A stretch of DNA of 64,000 bases from an uncultured Bacilli bacterium (GCA_934096125.1 CAKOLB010000001.1:75487-139486); one strand, 5' to 3'. Shown: positions 1 through 9,331, counted from the first letter of the stretch. The notes: a model not told the origin generated them from the letters alone. A program made the numbers and translations.

Positions 1-140
1 AAAAGAAGTTTTTCATCTTCCTCATCATAAGCAATTATTCTCTTATCCCCACTTAAAAATCTAACAATTATTTTTCCATTTTTAACATTAAAAGATGAAA
101 TTACCTTTTTAGCATTTTTACCAATTAGTTCATATTTCAT
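1..140 (-). CDS. hypothetical protein, N-terminal part only (runs off left edge)
   Basis: ATG at 140 is preceded by a GGGAGAG Shine-Dalgarno. The frame stays open to position 1 (MKYELIGKNAKKVISSFNVKNGK...). No family recognised. Confidence 0.4.
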   Translation of the reverse strand, partial: MKYELIGKNAKKVISSFNVKNGKIIVRFLSGDKRIIAYDEEDEKLL

Positions 141-163
141 ATAGTTTCTCTCCCAAAATATAT

Positions 164-829
164 CTATTTAATTAGTTTATCAAAAACATAATAAGCAATC
201 ATTAACCCAGCTGTACTTGGTACAAAAATACTTGAAGCAATTACATTATCCTTACTTAAAGGTTCTTCTTTACTATAAACAACAGGAATATTTAAATCAA
301 GCGCTCTTTTACGCATCTCATATCTAAACTTTTTAGCCAAAGGATCATTAATCGTCTTATTAAGCGTTGTAATAACAACATTTTGAGGATTTAATCTCTT
401 CCCTGTCCCAAGTGCACAAATTATTGGAATATTTTTACCATGAGCATATTTCACAAGAGCTAGCTTCGCTTTAATATCATCGCAGGCATCAATGATAAAG
501 GAAACATTTCCAATTAATTTAACAGTATCTTCATCAATTTTTACAGTATAAGCATCTACTATTATTTTTTCATTTAACTTTTTAGTCTTCTCTACAGCTT
601 CCAAAGCTTTAAAATTACCTATATTATTATTATTTGATAATATTTGCCTATTTAAATTACTTTCCTCAAATACATCATTATCAAATACTTTAAAATGACT
701 AACACCACTTCTAACCAAAGCTTCAAAAACAGTGCCACCAACACCCCCTAAGCCAATAATAGCAACACTTTTATTTTCTAATTTAGCAAATTTTTCTTCT
801 CCAATTAATTTTATCAATCTATCATACAT
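164..829 (-). CDS. tcdA: ThiF/MoeB-family adenylyltransferase-like protein, probable tRNA threonylcarbamoyladenosine dehydratase
   Basis: Track ORF of 221 aa with the N-terminal Rossmann motif IIGLGGVGG and the NLNRQ motif typical of ThiF/TcdA E1-like enzymes. Confidence 0.6.
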   Translation of the reverse strand: MYDRLIKLIGEEKFAKLENKSVAIIGLGGVGGTVFEALVRSGVSHFKVFDNDVFEESNLNRQILSNNNNIGNFKALEAVEKTKKLNEKIIVDAYTVKIDEDTVKLIGNVSFIIDACDDIKAKLALVKYAHGKNIPIICALGTGKRLNPQNVVITTLNKTINDPLAKKFRYEMRKRALDLNIPVVYSKEEPLSKDNVIASSIFVPSTAGLMIAYYVFDKLIK

Positions 830-848
830 AAAATCTCTCCATAATAAA

Positions 849-1023
849 ACCCAGTAGATAGTGGTACTTGATAAAAACCCGCTCTCGCGAGGTGGGCATC
901 ACATAGACTACTTTAGGATCCTTACATACTTAATGAGTAAGTCTTCTACACCATAATCTAATTAGATTCCCGTATTATCTAGTTAGTCGGTTTTATAAAG
1001 GCGACCACTTATCTACTAGGTAC
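849..1023. ncRNA. structured ncRNA candidate (6S-like closed-stem architecture; identity and strand unresolved)
   Basis: A 223-nt intergenic gap is clearly GC-enriched relative to its flanks. CCAGTAGATAGTGGT (851-865) pairs with ACCACTTATCTACTAGG (1005-1020), giving a 15-bp closing stem with two 1-nt bulges around about 140 nt. That interior contains a GC-rich hairpin (CCCGCTCTCGCGAGGTGGG, 878-896) and the palindrome ATCTAATTAGAT. Confidence 0.35.
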
Positions 1024-1052
1024 TTAAATTATATCAAATAAACTACTACTAA

Positions 1053-1895
1053 TCAAGATATTTTCATTCCAATTAATTTTTCTGCCGTTATATCTTCATT
1101 GTAAACAGCATAGCTGCTAGCAGCGTTAGTAACATTAGTAACCCATGCTGGTTTAGCAACCTTTACCCCATTTTCATTAACCGTTGGATTAAAAACACCT
1201 CCAATTAACGCTATTGTATTAAGCCCTTTAGCATAATAGCCATCATTTAAAGTTTTAATAAATTTATATACCCCATACTCTATATTTTTGTATCTTATTA
1301 ATCCTCCACTTGACATACCACCATAAATATTGTTTCTATTTAACATCCCTTGAGCTGTAAATGTCGATTCTACTGAAGCAATTCCTGCAGCAATACTAAA
1401 ATCAACATCAGAATATATATTACAAAAATATTTAATTAATGCAACAATATAGTCTTTCCCATCAGTACATGGCTTATGAGTTGTACCAAATAATCCTTTA
1501 TCATTTGCTTCCAAAGTACTTAGATAATTAACTAAATCTCTATCAAAATTATCAGTATTAAGTATATTCCCACTTGCAAAGTCCTTTTCTAATAAAAACA
1601 TGAGCAAACTTTTATCTATTTCAAATGTATTTGCTAGAAAAGTTATTGAACTATCTTTTTCTACCAAAAACCTTTTAACTGCATCTTCAGTAGTTGCCTG
1701 AGGACTTTCATTTTGCGTCTCAAGTGGCTTTACTGCAGCTACAAACACACCTTCTTCCGCGCCATAATAATCATCATATTTTCGTAAAAAAAGCAAAAGC
1801 GAAACAATAACCATAAGTCCCAATAATACCAATAAGATCCCCTTTTTATTGTTCTGCAAATAATCTATCATATATTTTATTACTCTTCCTTTCAT
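1053..1895 (-). CDS. membrane-anchored peptidoglycan hydrolase-like protein (glucosaminidase/FlgJ-type domain)
   Basis: N-terminal TM helix. The C-terminal segment AAGIASVESTFTAQGMLNRNNIYGGM resembles the glucosaminidase motif (A.A.LESGWG...NNLFG). Confidence 0.5.
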   Translation of the reverse strand: MKGRVIKYMIDYLQNNKKGILLVLLGLMVIVSLLLFLRKYDDYYGAEEGVFVAAVKPLETQNESPQATTEDAVKRFLVEKDSSITFLANTFEIDKSLLMFLLEKDFASGNILNTDNFDRDLVNYLSTLEANDKGLFGTTHKPCTDGKDYIVALIKYFCNIYSDVDFSIAAGIASVESTFTAQGMLNRNNIYGGMSSGGLIRYKNIEYGVYKFIKTLNDGYYAKGLNTIALIGGVFNPTVNENGVKVAKPAWVTNVTNAASSYAVYNEDITAEKLIGMKIS

Positions 1896-2004
1896 TGAAG
1901 TACAAAAAAATTATACCATACATTATATTATTATGTAAATATAATGCACAGTATAATTAATGATGTCTTTCTTTCGAAAAGAAAAAAATCTAAAATATAT
2001 TTAA

Positions 2005-2439
2005 TTATCTTGTATTATTATTTTTAGTTTTCTTAAGCACCAAAGTATTAGTTTCATCTTTAGAAGCTAAATAATTCACACAATTCATCAAAAACACTGT
2101 TAAATTATTATTAAATAATTTTTTCTCAAGACTCATATCTTTTTTATTTAAAAATCTATTATTCATGCTACTTTCAATTCTCTTCAAAAAAGATTTAATT
2201 CCCATATCATTATTATTTCTTGCAACATCTTTATAAAATTGCGAATAGTTATTTAAAAGAAAAGTATATAAGGTATCAATATCCTTTTCAGTAGTACACA
2301 TACTTAAGCTATAATATAAAGCCAAAATAGTTTCTGCCAAATACATAGTTCCATAATTATCAAAATCAAACCCCAACTCTCTAAGCAACTCTTTAACTTC
2401 TGTATAAATAACATCTTCATTTATATTACTCAAAATCAT
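2005..2439 (-). CDS. small Spo0A C-terminal (DNA-binding) domain-like protein
   Basis: 144 aa. The pattern EVKELLRELGFDFDNYGTMYLAETI parallels Spo0A_C (I..II.EIGVPAHIKGYLYLREAI). There is no receiver domain. Confidence 0.4.
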   Translation of the reverse strand: MILSNINEDVIYTEVKELLRELGFDFDNYGTMYLAETILALYYSLSMCTTEKDIDTLYTFLLNNYSQFYKDVARNNNDMGIKSFLKRIESSMNNRFLNKKDMSLEKKLFNNNLTVFLMNCVNYLASKDETNTLVLKKTKNNNTR

Positions 2440-2778
2440 CCCAACTTTCTTTTTTTATTTACAACTCACACAAAAAGCACAGAAAATCTGTACCTAATCA
2501 AGGTTATCATAAATTAATATTTTGTCAAGAGACAAATATTACAAACATAAGATTACTTTTATCCTCTAGTCATTCTTTCTAGCTGTTTCCAACTAACATT
2601 ATCAGAATTGGTGTGATATTGATGACCTAGTTTTATTGAAAGATATCTCTCATAATCATTTGCTGATATTCTGTTATATAGTTTTTTTCCAAATCACACA
2701 ATTATAAAATCAAGACGTTTTTATTTTCTAATACGGATAAAAAAGTATGAACTCAAAACATAGTTTTATTACTATCTT

Positions 2779-2893
2779 TTAAAAATTAGATGTTGACTTT
2801 CTTGTTGTTGGACGTTTTTTTAATTGCATATCATCGTATTGCCAAAATAATTGAGCTATAATTGCATCATAAGAATTCCTTCATAAGACGCTA
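2779..2893 (-). mobile_element. IS30-family transposase C-terminal remnant (decayed)
   Basis: The minus-strand translation ..SYDAIIAQLFWQYDDMQLKKRPTTRKSTSNF* resembles the IS30 C-terminus (..lN.RPRK.L.fkTP.e.F). It is flanked by stop-ridden sequence with no intact ORF. Confidence 0.3.
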
Positions 2894-3014
2894 AATACCT
2901 CTTTCTATAACTAGTTTATCATTTGTTTTCAATTTATCAATTATTTTACAGTATTTTATTACAAAAACTACATTTTTTCTTGTATTTTTTATATTTTTTT
3001 ACAAAATCAAAAAA

Positions 3015-4802
3015 TTAAAGCATCGGTATATCTTCAGTTTGAGACTCCATACCTGGCATCTTCCAACACTCAGAAACATTACAGTTACTACTAAACGGTT
3101 TAGGATTTGGCATTTCCATCTTAACAATCATTGGAATCTTAAAAGCTCCTCCAAAACCAACACAAGTACCAGGTTGTAAAACTTTTTGCTTATCCAATAT
3201 ATCTTGACTAATATTTGGAAGCATTTCTCCAATATATTTAATATCAAGTGGGTGTGTCATCTTAAATATCAAGAAATTATTACATTGTGCAATAACAGTA
3301 TCACTTATTTCCACTGGTCTTTGACTTATAATGTCAAGTATAACTCCATATTTTCTACCTTCCTTAGCAATTCTATCAAATATATTATAACCAATTAAGA
3401 AAGTATCGTTATCTTTTTGAATATATCTATGTGCTTCTTCCAAAAATAAATGAAATGGTATCTTTGCTCTTTCCATACTCGATTTAGCAAAATCAAATAT
3501 CAATCTTGAAAAAATCTTTACAAACACTTTCGCATAAATATCATCAACATCTTCTAAGTTAATATTGATAATTTGTGCTTTTTTACTACCATTAGCAACT
3601 AAAGAAGATATATAATTTTTAATAGGAATATAATCACTTACAAAATACGTTCCCAAATTACTATTTATAATTGAGTTAAGTCTTACTTTCAAAATAACTG
3701 CATCATCATGAAGATTTTGGTTATGTTGAAAGCCTTCGCTTATCAAAGTAAACTCAAGCGCTTTAGCAAAATCTTGTAATGAATAACTAGCTTCTTCTGG
3801 TGCTTTAATACTATCTAGTTTATCATTAATTTTACCTAAAATATAGTTAGTAATCAAAACAGACTCTCCAAAATTTCCATTAGAATCTACTTCAAAACAC
3901 TCACTAAAAGTTCTAGTATAACCAAGCCCTGGAATAACAGAGTCAAAATTAAATTCTGGCGTATTACATACTTCAATAATTGTAAATATTTCATTTTTCT
4001 TACTAGAAATAGTTTCATTACTAAATAGAACTGCAAGTAAAGCCTTAGCAATCAAATGATTTTTATACATATTAGCTTCTTCACTACCTGTTGCAAAAAT
4101 CTTAGCAAGCTTGATTGTATGTTCAATTATTGGAAGCTGTGAATGATTAGAAGCTTGAAGCAACAAAGCCATATCATCAAGTGATAAAAGAGGTACTGGA
4201 ATTTGTAATAATATATCAGTATCAAGTGTTGGATTAGTTGTAATAAACTTATAACAGTAATTACTATTTATTTCATTAATACGCCCAAAAGCATTTTTAT
4301 ACTCTCCAAAAGAATCAAAAATAAACAAATTAGCATTATATTGAACACTATATTTACTATTAAATATATTTTGAACTATTCGTGCTACCCCACATGACTT
4401 ACCAGACCCAGAGTTTCCAAAAATAGCCAAATGATTGGAAAATAAATCATTAATATTAGGACTGATGGTAAAGCCTTTATATATAGCACTTTCTCCCAAA
4501 ATAAAGCTTGATGCATCATATACTCCAACAAGTTCCATTAATTCATCTTTATTAATCATTCTAATTTTTGATGTTAAAAGTGGCTTTCTAAGTACCCCAT
4601 TTACATATCTACCATTTATATATTCTCCTAAAAATCTTATCTTTATTATATCACTATTAAGTTCTTGAACTTCCCCAAGTATTCTTTGATTTTCTTCTTC
4701 AAAGATAACATTCATATTCATAAGGTCACTGCTAGCAGTTTCTTTTTGTAAATTTTCAACATGAGCCTCACTTTCCCCAATATATACTATTTTTCCAAAC
4801 AT
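3015..4802 (-). CDS. HerA/DUF87-type P-loop ATPase (HAS-barrel N-terminus)
   Basis: Walker A IFGNSGSGKSCG, Walker B/sensor region HLFLEEAHRYI, and the C-terminal GRKYGVILDIISQRPVEISDTVIAQCNNFLIFKM typical of DUF87/HerA. ATG at 4802 with GGAG 9 nt upstream is preferred over the track GTG at 4811. Confidence 0.75.
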   Translation of the reverse strand: MFGKIVYIGESEAHVENLQKETASSDLMNMNVIFEEENQRILGEVQELNSDIIKIRFLGEYINGRYVNGVLRKPLLTSKIRMINKDELMELVGVYDASSFILGESAIYKGFTISPNINDLFSNHLAIFGNSGSGKSCGVARIVQNIFNSKYSVQYNANLFIFDSFGEYKNAFGRINEINSNYCYKFITTNPTLDTDILLQIPVPLLSLDDMALLLQASNHSQLPIIEHTIKLAKIFATGSEEANMYKNHLIAKALLAVLFSNETISSKKNEIFTIIEVCNTPEFNFDSVIPGLGYTRTFSECFEVDSNGNFGESVLITNYILGKINDKLDSIKAPEEASYSLQDFAKALEFTLISEGFQHNQNLHDDAVILKVRLNSIINSNLGTYFVSDYIPIKNYISSLVANGSKKAQIININLEDVDDIYAKVFVKIFSRLIFDFAKSSMERAKIPFHLFLEEAHRYIQKDNDTFLIGYNIFDRIAKEGRKYGVILDIISQRPVEISDTVIAQCNNFLIFKMTHPLDIKYIGEMLPNISQDILDKQKVLQPGTCVGFGGAFKIPMIVKMEMPNPKPFSSNCNVSECWKMPGMESQTEDIPML

Positions 4803-4859
4803 TAATCTCACTCCTATTCTTTATTAATTATTATAACAGAAAAAAAAAGGAAGTAAAAG

Positions 4860-5321
4860 TTATTTTACCTCAAAAGTTCGGTCTTTTACCTTTACTTCAC
4901 TCATCATTCCTTTTTGAACAGGTATAAAATACATCAATGCTTTTCTTTCCTTTTTCGCTTTCTTATTAACAACATAGTTTACAGTTATACCATCATCAAA
5001 TATTTCTAAATCAATATTTTTAATTTCTATATCTTTTTCATAATTAATAAAATCTACTATATAATCAGCCTCATTAAAATTATTATTTGTAAGAAGAACA
5101 ACATCATCCACTTTATAATCTTTAAGTAAAGATGAATATTCTGTATAAGATGTTATAAGCATATTTTTAAGCTCTCCATTGCTTCTATTTACCACTATTC
5201 CATTAGCAACAACCCTAGTAGTATCAAAAAAACCGCCTGCAGCCATACCAAGTAACCCACTTACAACTACTACTAATATAACAATAAAACCAATAACTAC
5301 ATTTTTTCTTTTTTCTTGCAT
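4860..5321 (-). CDS. membrane-anchored hypothetical protein
   Basis: 153 aa with a single N-terminal TM helix (VVIGFIVILVVVVSGLLGMAAGG). It lies 40-50 nt upstream of the HerA-like gene on the same strand. Confidence 0.5.
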   Translation of the reverse strand: MQEKRKNVVIGFIVILVVVVSGLLGMAAGGFFDTTRVVANGIVVNRSNGELKNMLITSYTEYSSLLKDYKVDDVVLLTNNNFNEADYIVDFINYEKDIEIKNIDLEIFDDGITVNYVVNKKAKKERKALMYFIPVQKGMMSEVKVKDRTFEVK

Positions 5322-5516
5322 AGATATTCTCCTTTTTATCTCATGCCTTAATTATATCATTTATTTATTTTTATAACAAGCAAATAAACAAAAGCGAAGA
5401 TTGGCGATATCCCAACAAATGTAGCCACAGTCGATATTTTTTCAGCGACTTAATAACCATCGCTAAAACGTTTGATTTAGAAATAGTAATTAAAGACAAA
5501 ACTAAAAAAAAAGTAA

Positions 5517-5804
5517 TTATTTAACTTCGTAAACACTTACTTTCTTTTTATTTTTTCCAGATCTTTCATATTTTACAACTCCTGTGATTTTTGCAAATAA
5601 TGTATGATCTTTTCCCATTCCAACATTTGTTCCTGGATAAATTTTTGTTCCTCTTTGACGATAAATAATTGACCCAGCATTAATAGTTTGTCCATCACTT
5701 GCTTTAGCACCAAGTCTTCGTCCCGCTGAATCACGGCCATTACGAGTAGAACCTTGAGCCTTAACATGAGCAAATAATTGAATGTCAAGCTTCATAAAAT
5801 TCAT
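5517..5804 (-). CDS. rpmA: 50S ribosomal protein L27 with N-terminal propeptide
   Basis: GSTRNGRDS...[10 protein letters not shown] core. The N-terminal extension [13 protein letters not shown] matches the Firmicutes Prp-cleaved propeptide pattern (..L.LQ.FA|). Confidence 0.95.
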   Translation of the reverse strand: MNFMKLDIQLFAHVKAQGSTRNGRDSAGRRLGAKASDGQTINAGSIIYRQRGTKIYPGTNVGMGKDHTLFAKITGVVKYERSGKNKKKVSVYEVK

Positions 5805-6103
5805 AGTATTCCCTCCTTGCTAACTTTAATATTTTTTTTATAGGTTTGTGATAATTCTTCCAACATCACAATCATATTTTCCATTACCAAATAAGCATCA
5901 TTATTATCTTTTTTTATCATGATATCCAGTTTATCTTTTTTATATTCATAAATTAAATAATCAGCATCAATTCTCAAAGCAGCATTAATGCTTGTCGTCA
6001 CAATTGAAGAAACACTTGCACAAACAATATCCTGCCCCTTGTCAGCATAATCAGCATGACCAGTAATAACAATATGCTTACCCTTAACAACAACCCTAAT
6101 CAT
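5801..6103 (-). CDS. prp: ribosomal-processing cysteine protease Prp (YsxB/DUF464)
   Basis: 100 aa located between rplU and rpmA. GHADY...[11 protein letters not shown] motif with the catalytic His and Cys. Confidence 0.9.
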   Translation of the reverse strand: MIRVVVKGKHIVITGHADYADKGQDIVCASVSSIVTTSINAALRIDADYLIYEYKKDKLDIMIKKDNNDAYLVMENMIVMLEELSQTYKKNIKVSKEGIL

Positions 6104-6399
6104 TAACCAATTGACTTAACAACTAATTTTGTATATGGTTGTCTATGACCTTGAGTTTTTCTAAATTTCTTCTTAGGTCTATACTTAAACACTTTAATTT
6201 TTTTATTCTTTCCATGTTTAACAACTGTACAAACAACTTTGGCTTTAGCAACATAAGGCTTTCCTGCAACACCATTTGCAAATAAAACCTTATCAAACGT
6301 AACATCAGTTCCAGCTTCAGCATCTATTTTTTCAACAAAAATTTCATCTCCAACTTGAACATAATATTGTTTTCCACCAGTTTCAAATATAGCTTTCAT
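6103..6399 (-). CDS. rplU: 50S ribosomal protein L21
   Basis: [14 protein letters not shown]... is the canonical L21 N-terminus. Conserved rplU-prp-rpmA order. Confidence 0.95.
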   Translation of the reverse strand: MKAIFETGGKQYYVQVGDEIFVEKIDAEAGTDVTFDKVLFANGVAGKPYVAKAKVVCTVVKHGKNKKIKVFKYRPKKKFRKTQGHRQPYTKLVVKSIG

Positions 6400-6512
6400 T
6401 TCATACCTCCTTATTTTTTGAAGTCACGCCTTCCAAGGTACTTTTTTTAAAAAAGTTTATAACCTTTCCCGAGCGGTTTTTTAAGAAACTACTTAAAAAC
6501 AACATTATTTTA

Positions 6513-7280
6513 TCAAACAATTCCCTCCTTGTCAAATCTTTCCATCAGCTTCCTTTTCTCACCCTTAACTCTATTTTCTTCTAAAAAATACTGATAAACC
6601 CCAAGCTTTAATATCCCAATATCTCCTTTTTTAGTACTAATCTTTCGAAAACTATAATCATTTAAATATCTCTCTAAATAAAACTTATTTTGAATATATT
6701 TATAATCTTTAACTGCTGCATACGTTTTAAATACAAATAAAATAACCAATAAATAGTTATTAAATGATAACCAGTAATTAGAAAAAATATAAATCACCGA
6801 AAAAAGTATACTTAAAAAAGCATAAATAAAATAAGAAACGCGAAAAGAAAAAAAGTAGTTAAGCACTCCTTTAACAAAATATGAACCATCTAAAGGAATA
6901 ATTGGTAGCAAATTAAACACTAAAATAGTTATATTATATTTATAAAATAGTTCTAAAGTATGGATGGAAAAAGGAAGTAACTTTAAAACGCCAAACAAAG
7001 CAAGCTGCATCAAAATACCACCACTTGCTAAAATAAGGTCTTTATAAATATCTGTATTAATATCTTTTTTTAAATAAGTCATTCCCCCAAAAGGATAAAT
7101 AACAACCTTTAAAACTTGAAAGCGAAAAATTAGAGCCACTAACACATGCCCAAGTTCATGAACTAGCACAATAAAGAAAATAATCAAGGCCACTTTAATA
7201 TATCCACATAAAAAAAGAAGCAAAAGAAAATAAATAGTTAAAACATCAATTTTTATAATCTTCATATTTAATATATTCAT
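6513..7280 (-). CDS. site-2 protease, peptidase M50 (SpoIVFB-like)
   Basis: Polytopic membrane protein with HELGH and NLLPIIPLDG motifs. It sits upstream of rplU, as spoIVFB does in B. subtilis. Confidence 0.8.
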   Translation of the reverse strand: MNILNMKIIKIDVLTIYFLLLLFLCGYIKVALIIFFIVLVHELGHVLVALIFRFQVLKVVIYPFGGMTYLKKDINTDIYKDLILASGGILMQLALFGVLKLLPFSIHTLELFYKYNITILVFNLLPIIPLDGSYFVKGVLNYFFSFRVSYFIYAFLSILFSVIYIFSNYWLSFNNYLLVILFVFKTYAAVKDYKYIQNKFYLERYLNDYSFRKISTKKGDIGILKLGVYQYFLEENRVKGEKRKLMERFDKEGIV

Positions 7281-7785
7281 TATTTTTCTTAATCACAAGA
7301 TAGAGTTTATTATCCTTTGTTTCTCCAATTACTGTATCTTTTTTCACATAATCATAAAGCTGGGCAGAAACATTTGTTAAGTTTCCATACCATATATCTG
7401 CTCCATCAGCCCCTTGAATAATCACCGTCTTTCCATACCCTTCTTTATCACCTGCAAAAACCACAACCCCACTTGCCAAAGAGTTAATAACTTCTGAACC
7501 TTTAAGACTTAAAACTTCTCCTTCTTCATAAGGACTAATCTTAGTATACAAAAGTTTCTCTGATTGAACTACCTTTTGCAAATCCTCCCCCGGAAGAACA
7601 CTTCCAAAAAATTTCTCATAAACTAAACTTATTTTATTAAAAGGAATATTTTTACTAAACACTTCTTCTTTATAAAAAGCCTTATGTTCATCACTTCCAT
7701 TTATAAATATTATACTAAGCAAAAAAAAGATGACTGCTAGCAAAAACTTTGAACCCACTTTTTTTCCCAAAATATTCTCACCCAA
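7246..7785 (-). CDS. LytM/M23 domain protein with degenerate active site (SpoIVFA-like)
   Basis: N-terminal TM helix. The GVVVFAGDKEGYGKTVIIQGADGADIWYGNL block follows the M23 pattern, but the metal-binding His positions are replaced (Q/G and N). Confidence 0.6.
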   Translation of the reverse strand: MGENILGKKVGSKFLLAVIFFLLSIIFINGSDEHKAFYKEEVFSKNIPFNKISLVYEKFFGSVLPGEDLQKVVQSEKLLYTKISPYEEGEVLSLKGSEVINSLASGVVVFAGDKEGYGKTVIIQGADGADIWYGNLTNVSAQLYDYVKKDTVIGETKDNKLYLVIKKNNEYIKYEDYKN

Positions 7786-8176
7786 ATAATTTTATGTTAT
7801 TTAAATATTTTTTATAACTAGCATATATAAAAAGTAAATTAACTAAAAATGTTTTAAACAAAATATTTACACTAAAGACTCCTAAACACAAACTATAAAC
7901 CATATAATAACCTACTACAAAGAAAATATAAAAAAGAAAATAATTAACCATATTATAATAATTTATCTTTAAGTGTTTTTGAAAAAACTTTGCTAAAAGC
8001 AAACAAATAGTTGTATAGAAAAATATATGTAATAAATAAAAGTCAATTAAAATTCCTAAGAAAAAAAGATATAACGATCTTTTCTCATGGATATTTAAAA
8101 GAAAAAAGTAAGTATTAAAACTGGTAAAACTGGCAATCAAAACATCAATTATAAGTTTAATCATCACTATCACCAT
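7778..8176 (-). CDS. mreD: rod shape-determining protein MreD
   Basis: 132-aa multi-TM protein immediately downstream of mreC. Confidence 0.7.
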   Translation of the reverse strand: MVIVMIKLIIDVLIASFTSFNTYFFLLNIHEKRSLYLFFLGILIDFYLLHIFFYTTICLLLAKFFQKHLKINYYNMVNYFLFYIFFVVGYYMVYSLCLGVFSVNILFKTFLVNLLFIYASYKKYLNNIKLFG

Positions 8177-8855
8177 AAATAAATAGAAAATTTAAGTCAT
8201 TTAAATCTTGTCCTAGTTCTACGCTGATAATTTTTTCTATCTGCGAACTATTAAGTTCAATCTTTTTAGCAGTTCCAACCAAGATATTTCCCGGCAAAAG
8301 ACCACTTCCAGAAGTATATATCTTATCACCAACTTGAATATTTACATAATTACTCAAATCACTTACAACCAGCTTGCCACCCTGCATTTTCAAAATACCT
8401 AGTGCATCATTAATTTTAACGGAAATCTGACTTTTAGGACTTGTAATAAGCTCCACTATACTTTCATGAGCATACGTATCTTTAACAACGCCAACCAGCC
8501 CCTCATCAGTTAGGACTGCACTTCCAACTTCTACTTTATCTTTAAACCCTTTATATATCGTTATCTCTTCTTTTAACTTATATAAATTCTGTAGTTTTAC
8601 TTTCGTTAAATTTAAATTTAACTCATCTTTTATTTTTAAACCATTACTCTTTTTTAATTCATCATAATTTCTCTTAAGCATACTTTCATAGTTTAATACT
8701 ATATCTTTATATTTTATATCCATTTTCTTTATAAAAATATTATCTATATTACTCCCAAACATAAATATTAAAATAATACTTAAAATTACTATATAATCCT
8801 TACCTTTTGTCATCATATTTTTAGTATGTTTACATTTTCTTATTATATGTAGCAA
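8157..8855 (-). CDS. mreC: rod shape-determining protein MreC
   Basis: TM helix plus coiled coil plus beta-rich C-terminus (VLTDEGLVGVV...IYTSGSGLLPGNILVG). The true start may be the internal MM near 8816. Confidence 0.8.
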   Translation of the reverse strand: MLHIIRKCKHTKNMMTKGKDYIVILSIILIFMFGSNIDNIFIKKMDIKYKDIVLNYESMLKRNYDELKKSNGLKIKDELNLNLTKVKLQNLYKLKEEITIYKGFKDKVEVGSAVLTDEGLVGVVKDTYAHESIVELITSPKSQISVKINDALGILKMQGGKLVVSDLSNYVNIQVGDKIYTSGSGLLPGNILVGTAKKIELNSSQIEKIISVELGQDLNDLNFLFIYGDSDD

Positions 8856-9279
8856 AAATATTTAAAATACTATTATTAATATTATCTACAATCTCACTTT
8901 TCTGCGTCTTTATTATTACTTTCTCATAATTACTTATTTTCTCTATAAATTCTTTATTTATTCTAACACTTTTTATATAGTAACTAACTTCTCTTTCTTT
9001 ATATATAGCATCAAGTTTTTCTTTAACTTCATTACTATAACATATAGCCACTATTACGCGGTAGTATTCACCATCTTTATAGATATAAGAAGACGGAAAA
9101 GTTTTTGCAAAATTACTTGCATTATCATAACTTTGAAACACTCCCACTTGAAAAACATTTACAACCTCTTCTCTTTTAATCACCGCCCTTACTTCTTTAC
9201 TTATATCTTTATAAAACAAAAAAGCCATAACACTTCCCATAAGAGCAGCTAGCAAAATTACTTTCCCATATTTTTTCAT
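8830..9279 (-). CDS. membrane-anchored SPOR-like domain protein
   Basis: N-terminal TM helix. The C-terminal VFQVGVFQSYDNASNFAKTF...GEYYRVIVA resembles the SPOR repeat pattern. Confidence 0.45.
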   Translation of the reverse strand: MKKYGKVILLAALMGSVMAFLFYKDISKEVRAVIKREEVVNVFQVGVFQSYDNASNFAKTFPSSYIYKDGEYYRVIVAICYSNEVKEKLDAIYKEREVSYYIKSVRINKEFIEKISNYEKVIIKTQKSEIVDNINNSILNIFATYNKKM

Positions 9280-9331
9280 AAAACATCACCCACTGTTACT
9301 ATAACAAATAAACATTAAAAAAAATGTCAAC

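Noticed and set aside
2560-2700. Possible second transposase or integrase C-terminal fragment (GKKLYNRISANDYERYLSIKLGHQYH...).
   Set aside because: It has only a vague resemblance to IS3-type C-termini. It is too short and too weak to call.
3186-3398. Plus-strand ORFs antisense to long minus-strand genes: 3186-3398, 4435-4668, 5179-5376, 13677-13865, 14242-14424, 17278-17466, 17561-17758, 17874-18146, 18335-18535, 19529-19726, 22249-22518, 23315-23524, 26351-26566, 27133-27321, 28987-29184, 31639-31824, 33032-33346, 33214-33426, 33802-34056, 42483-42752, 42500-42712, 44519-44722, 45524-45718, 46396-46584, 46675-46893, 47145-47351, 52996-53187, 53740-53934, 54189-54389 and 61654-61938.
   Set aside because: All lie inside well-supported conserved genes on the opposite strand. 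They have low-complexity or hydrophobic junk translations and no RBS. They are typical antisense open frames.
5380-5516. Slightly GC-enriched spacer downstream of rpmA, considered as a small RNA.
   Set aside because: It has only short imperfect hairpins (AGCGA..TCGCT), with no promoter or terminator pair and no recognisable motif.
5573-5788. Same-strand out-of-frame nested ORFs: 5573-5788, 6123-6323, 21563-21757, 23782-23973, 26245-26487, 42367-42570 and 48563-48871.
   Set aside because: They are embedded in rpmA, rplU, dnaK, hrcA, the DUF4176 gene, ppdK and the flippase gene. They have no independent start signals.
6400-6512. Possible L21 ribosomal-protein leader upstream of rplU.
   Set aside because: Position and modest GC-rich hairpins (AACC..GGTT, GAAG..CUUC) are suggestive. 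However, I cannot match the Rfam L21_leader consensus from memory. It needs an Infernal scan and is not reported as a feature.
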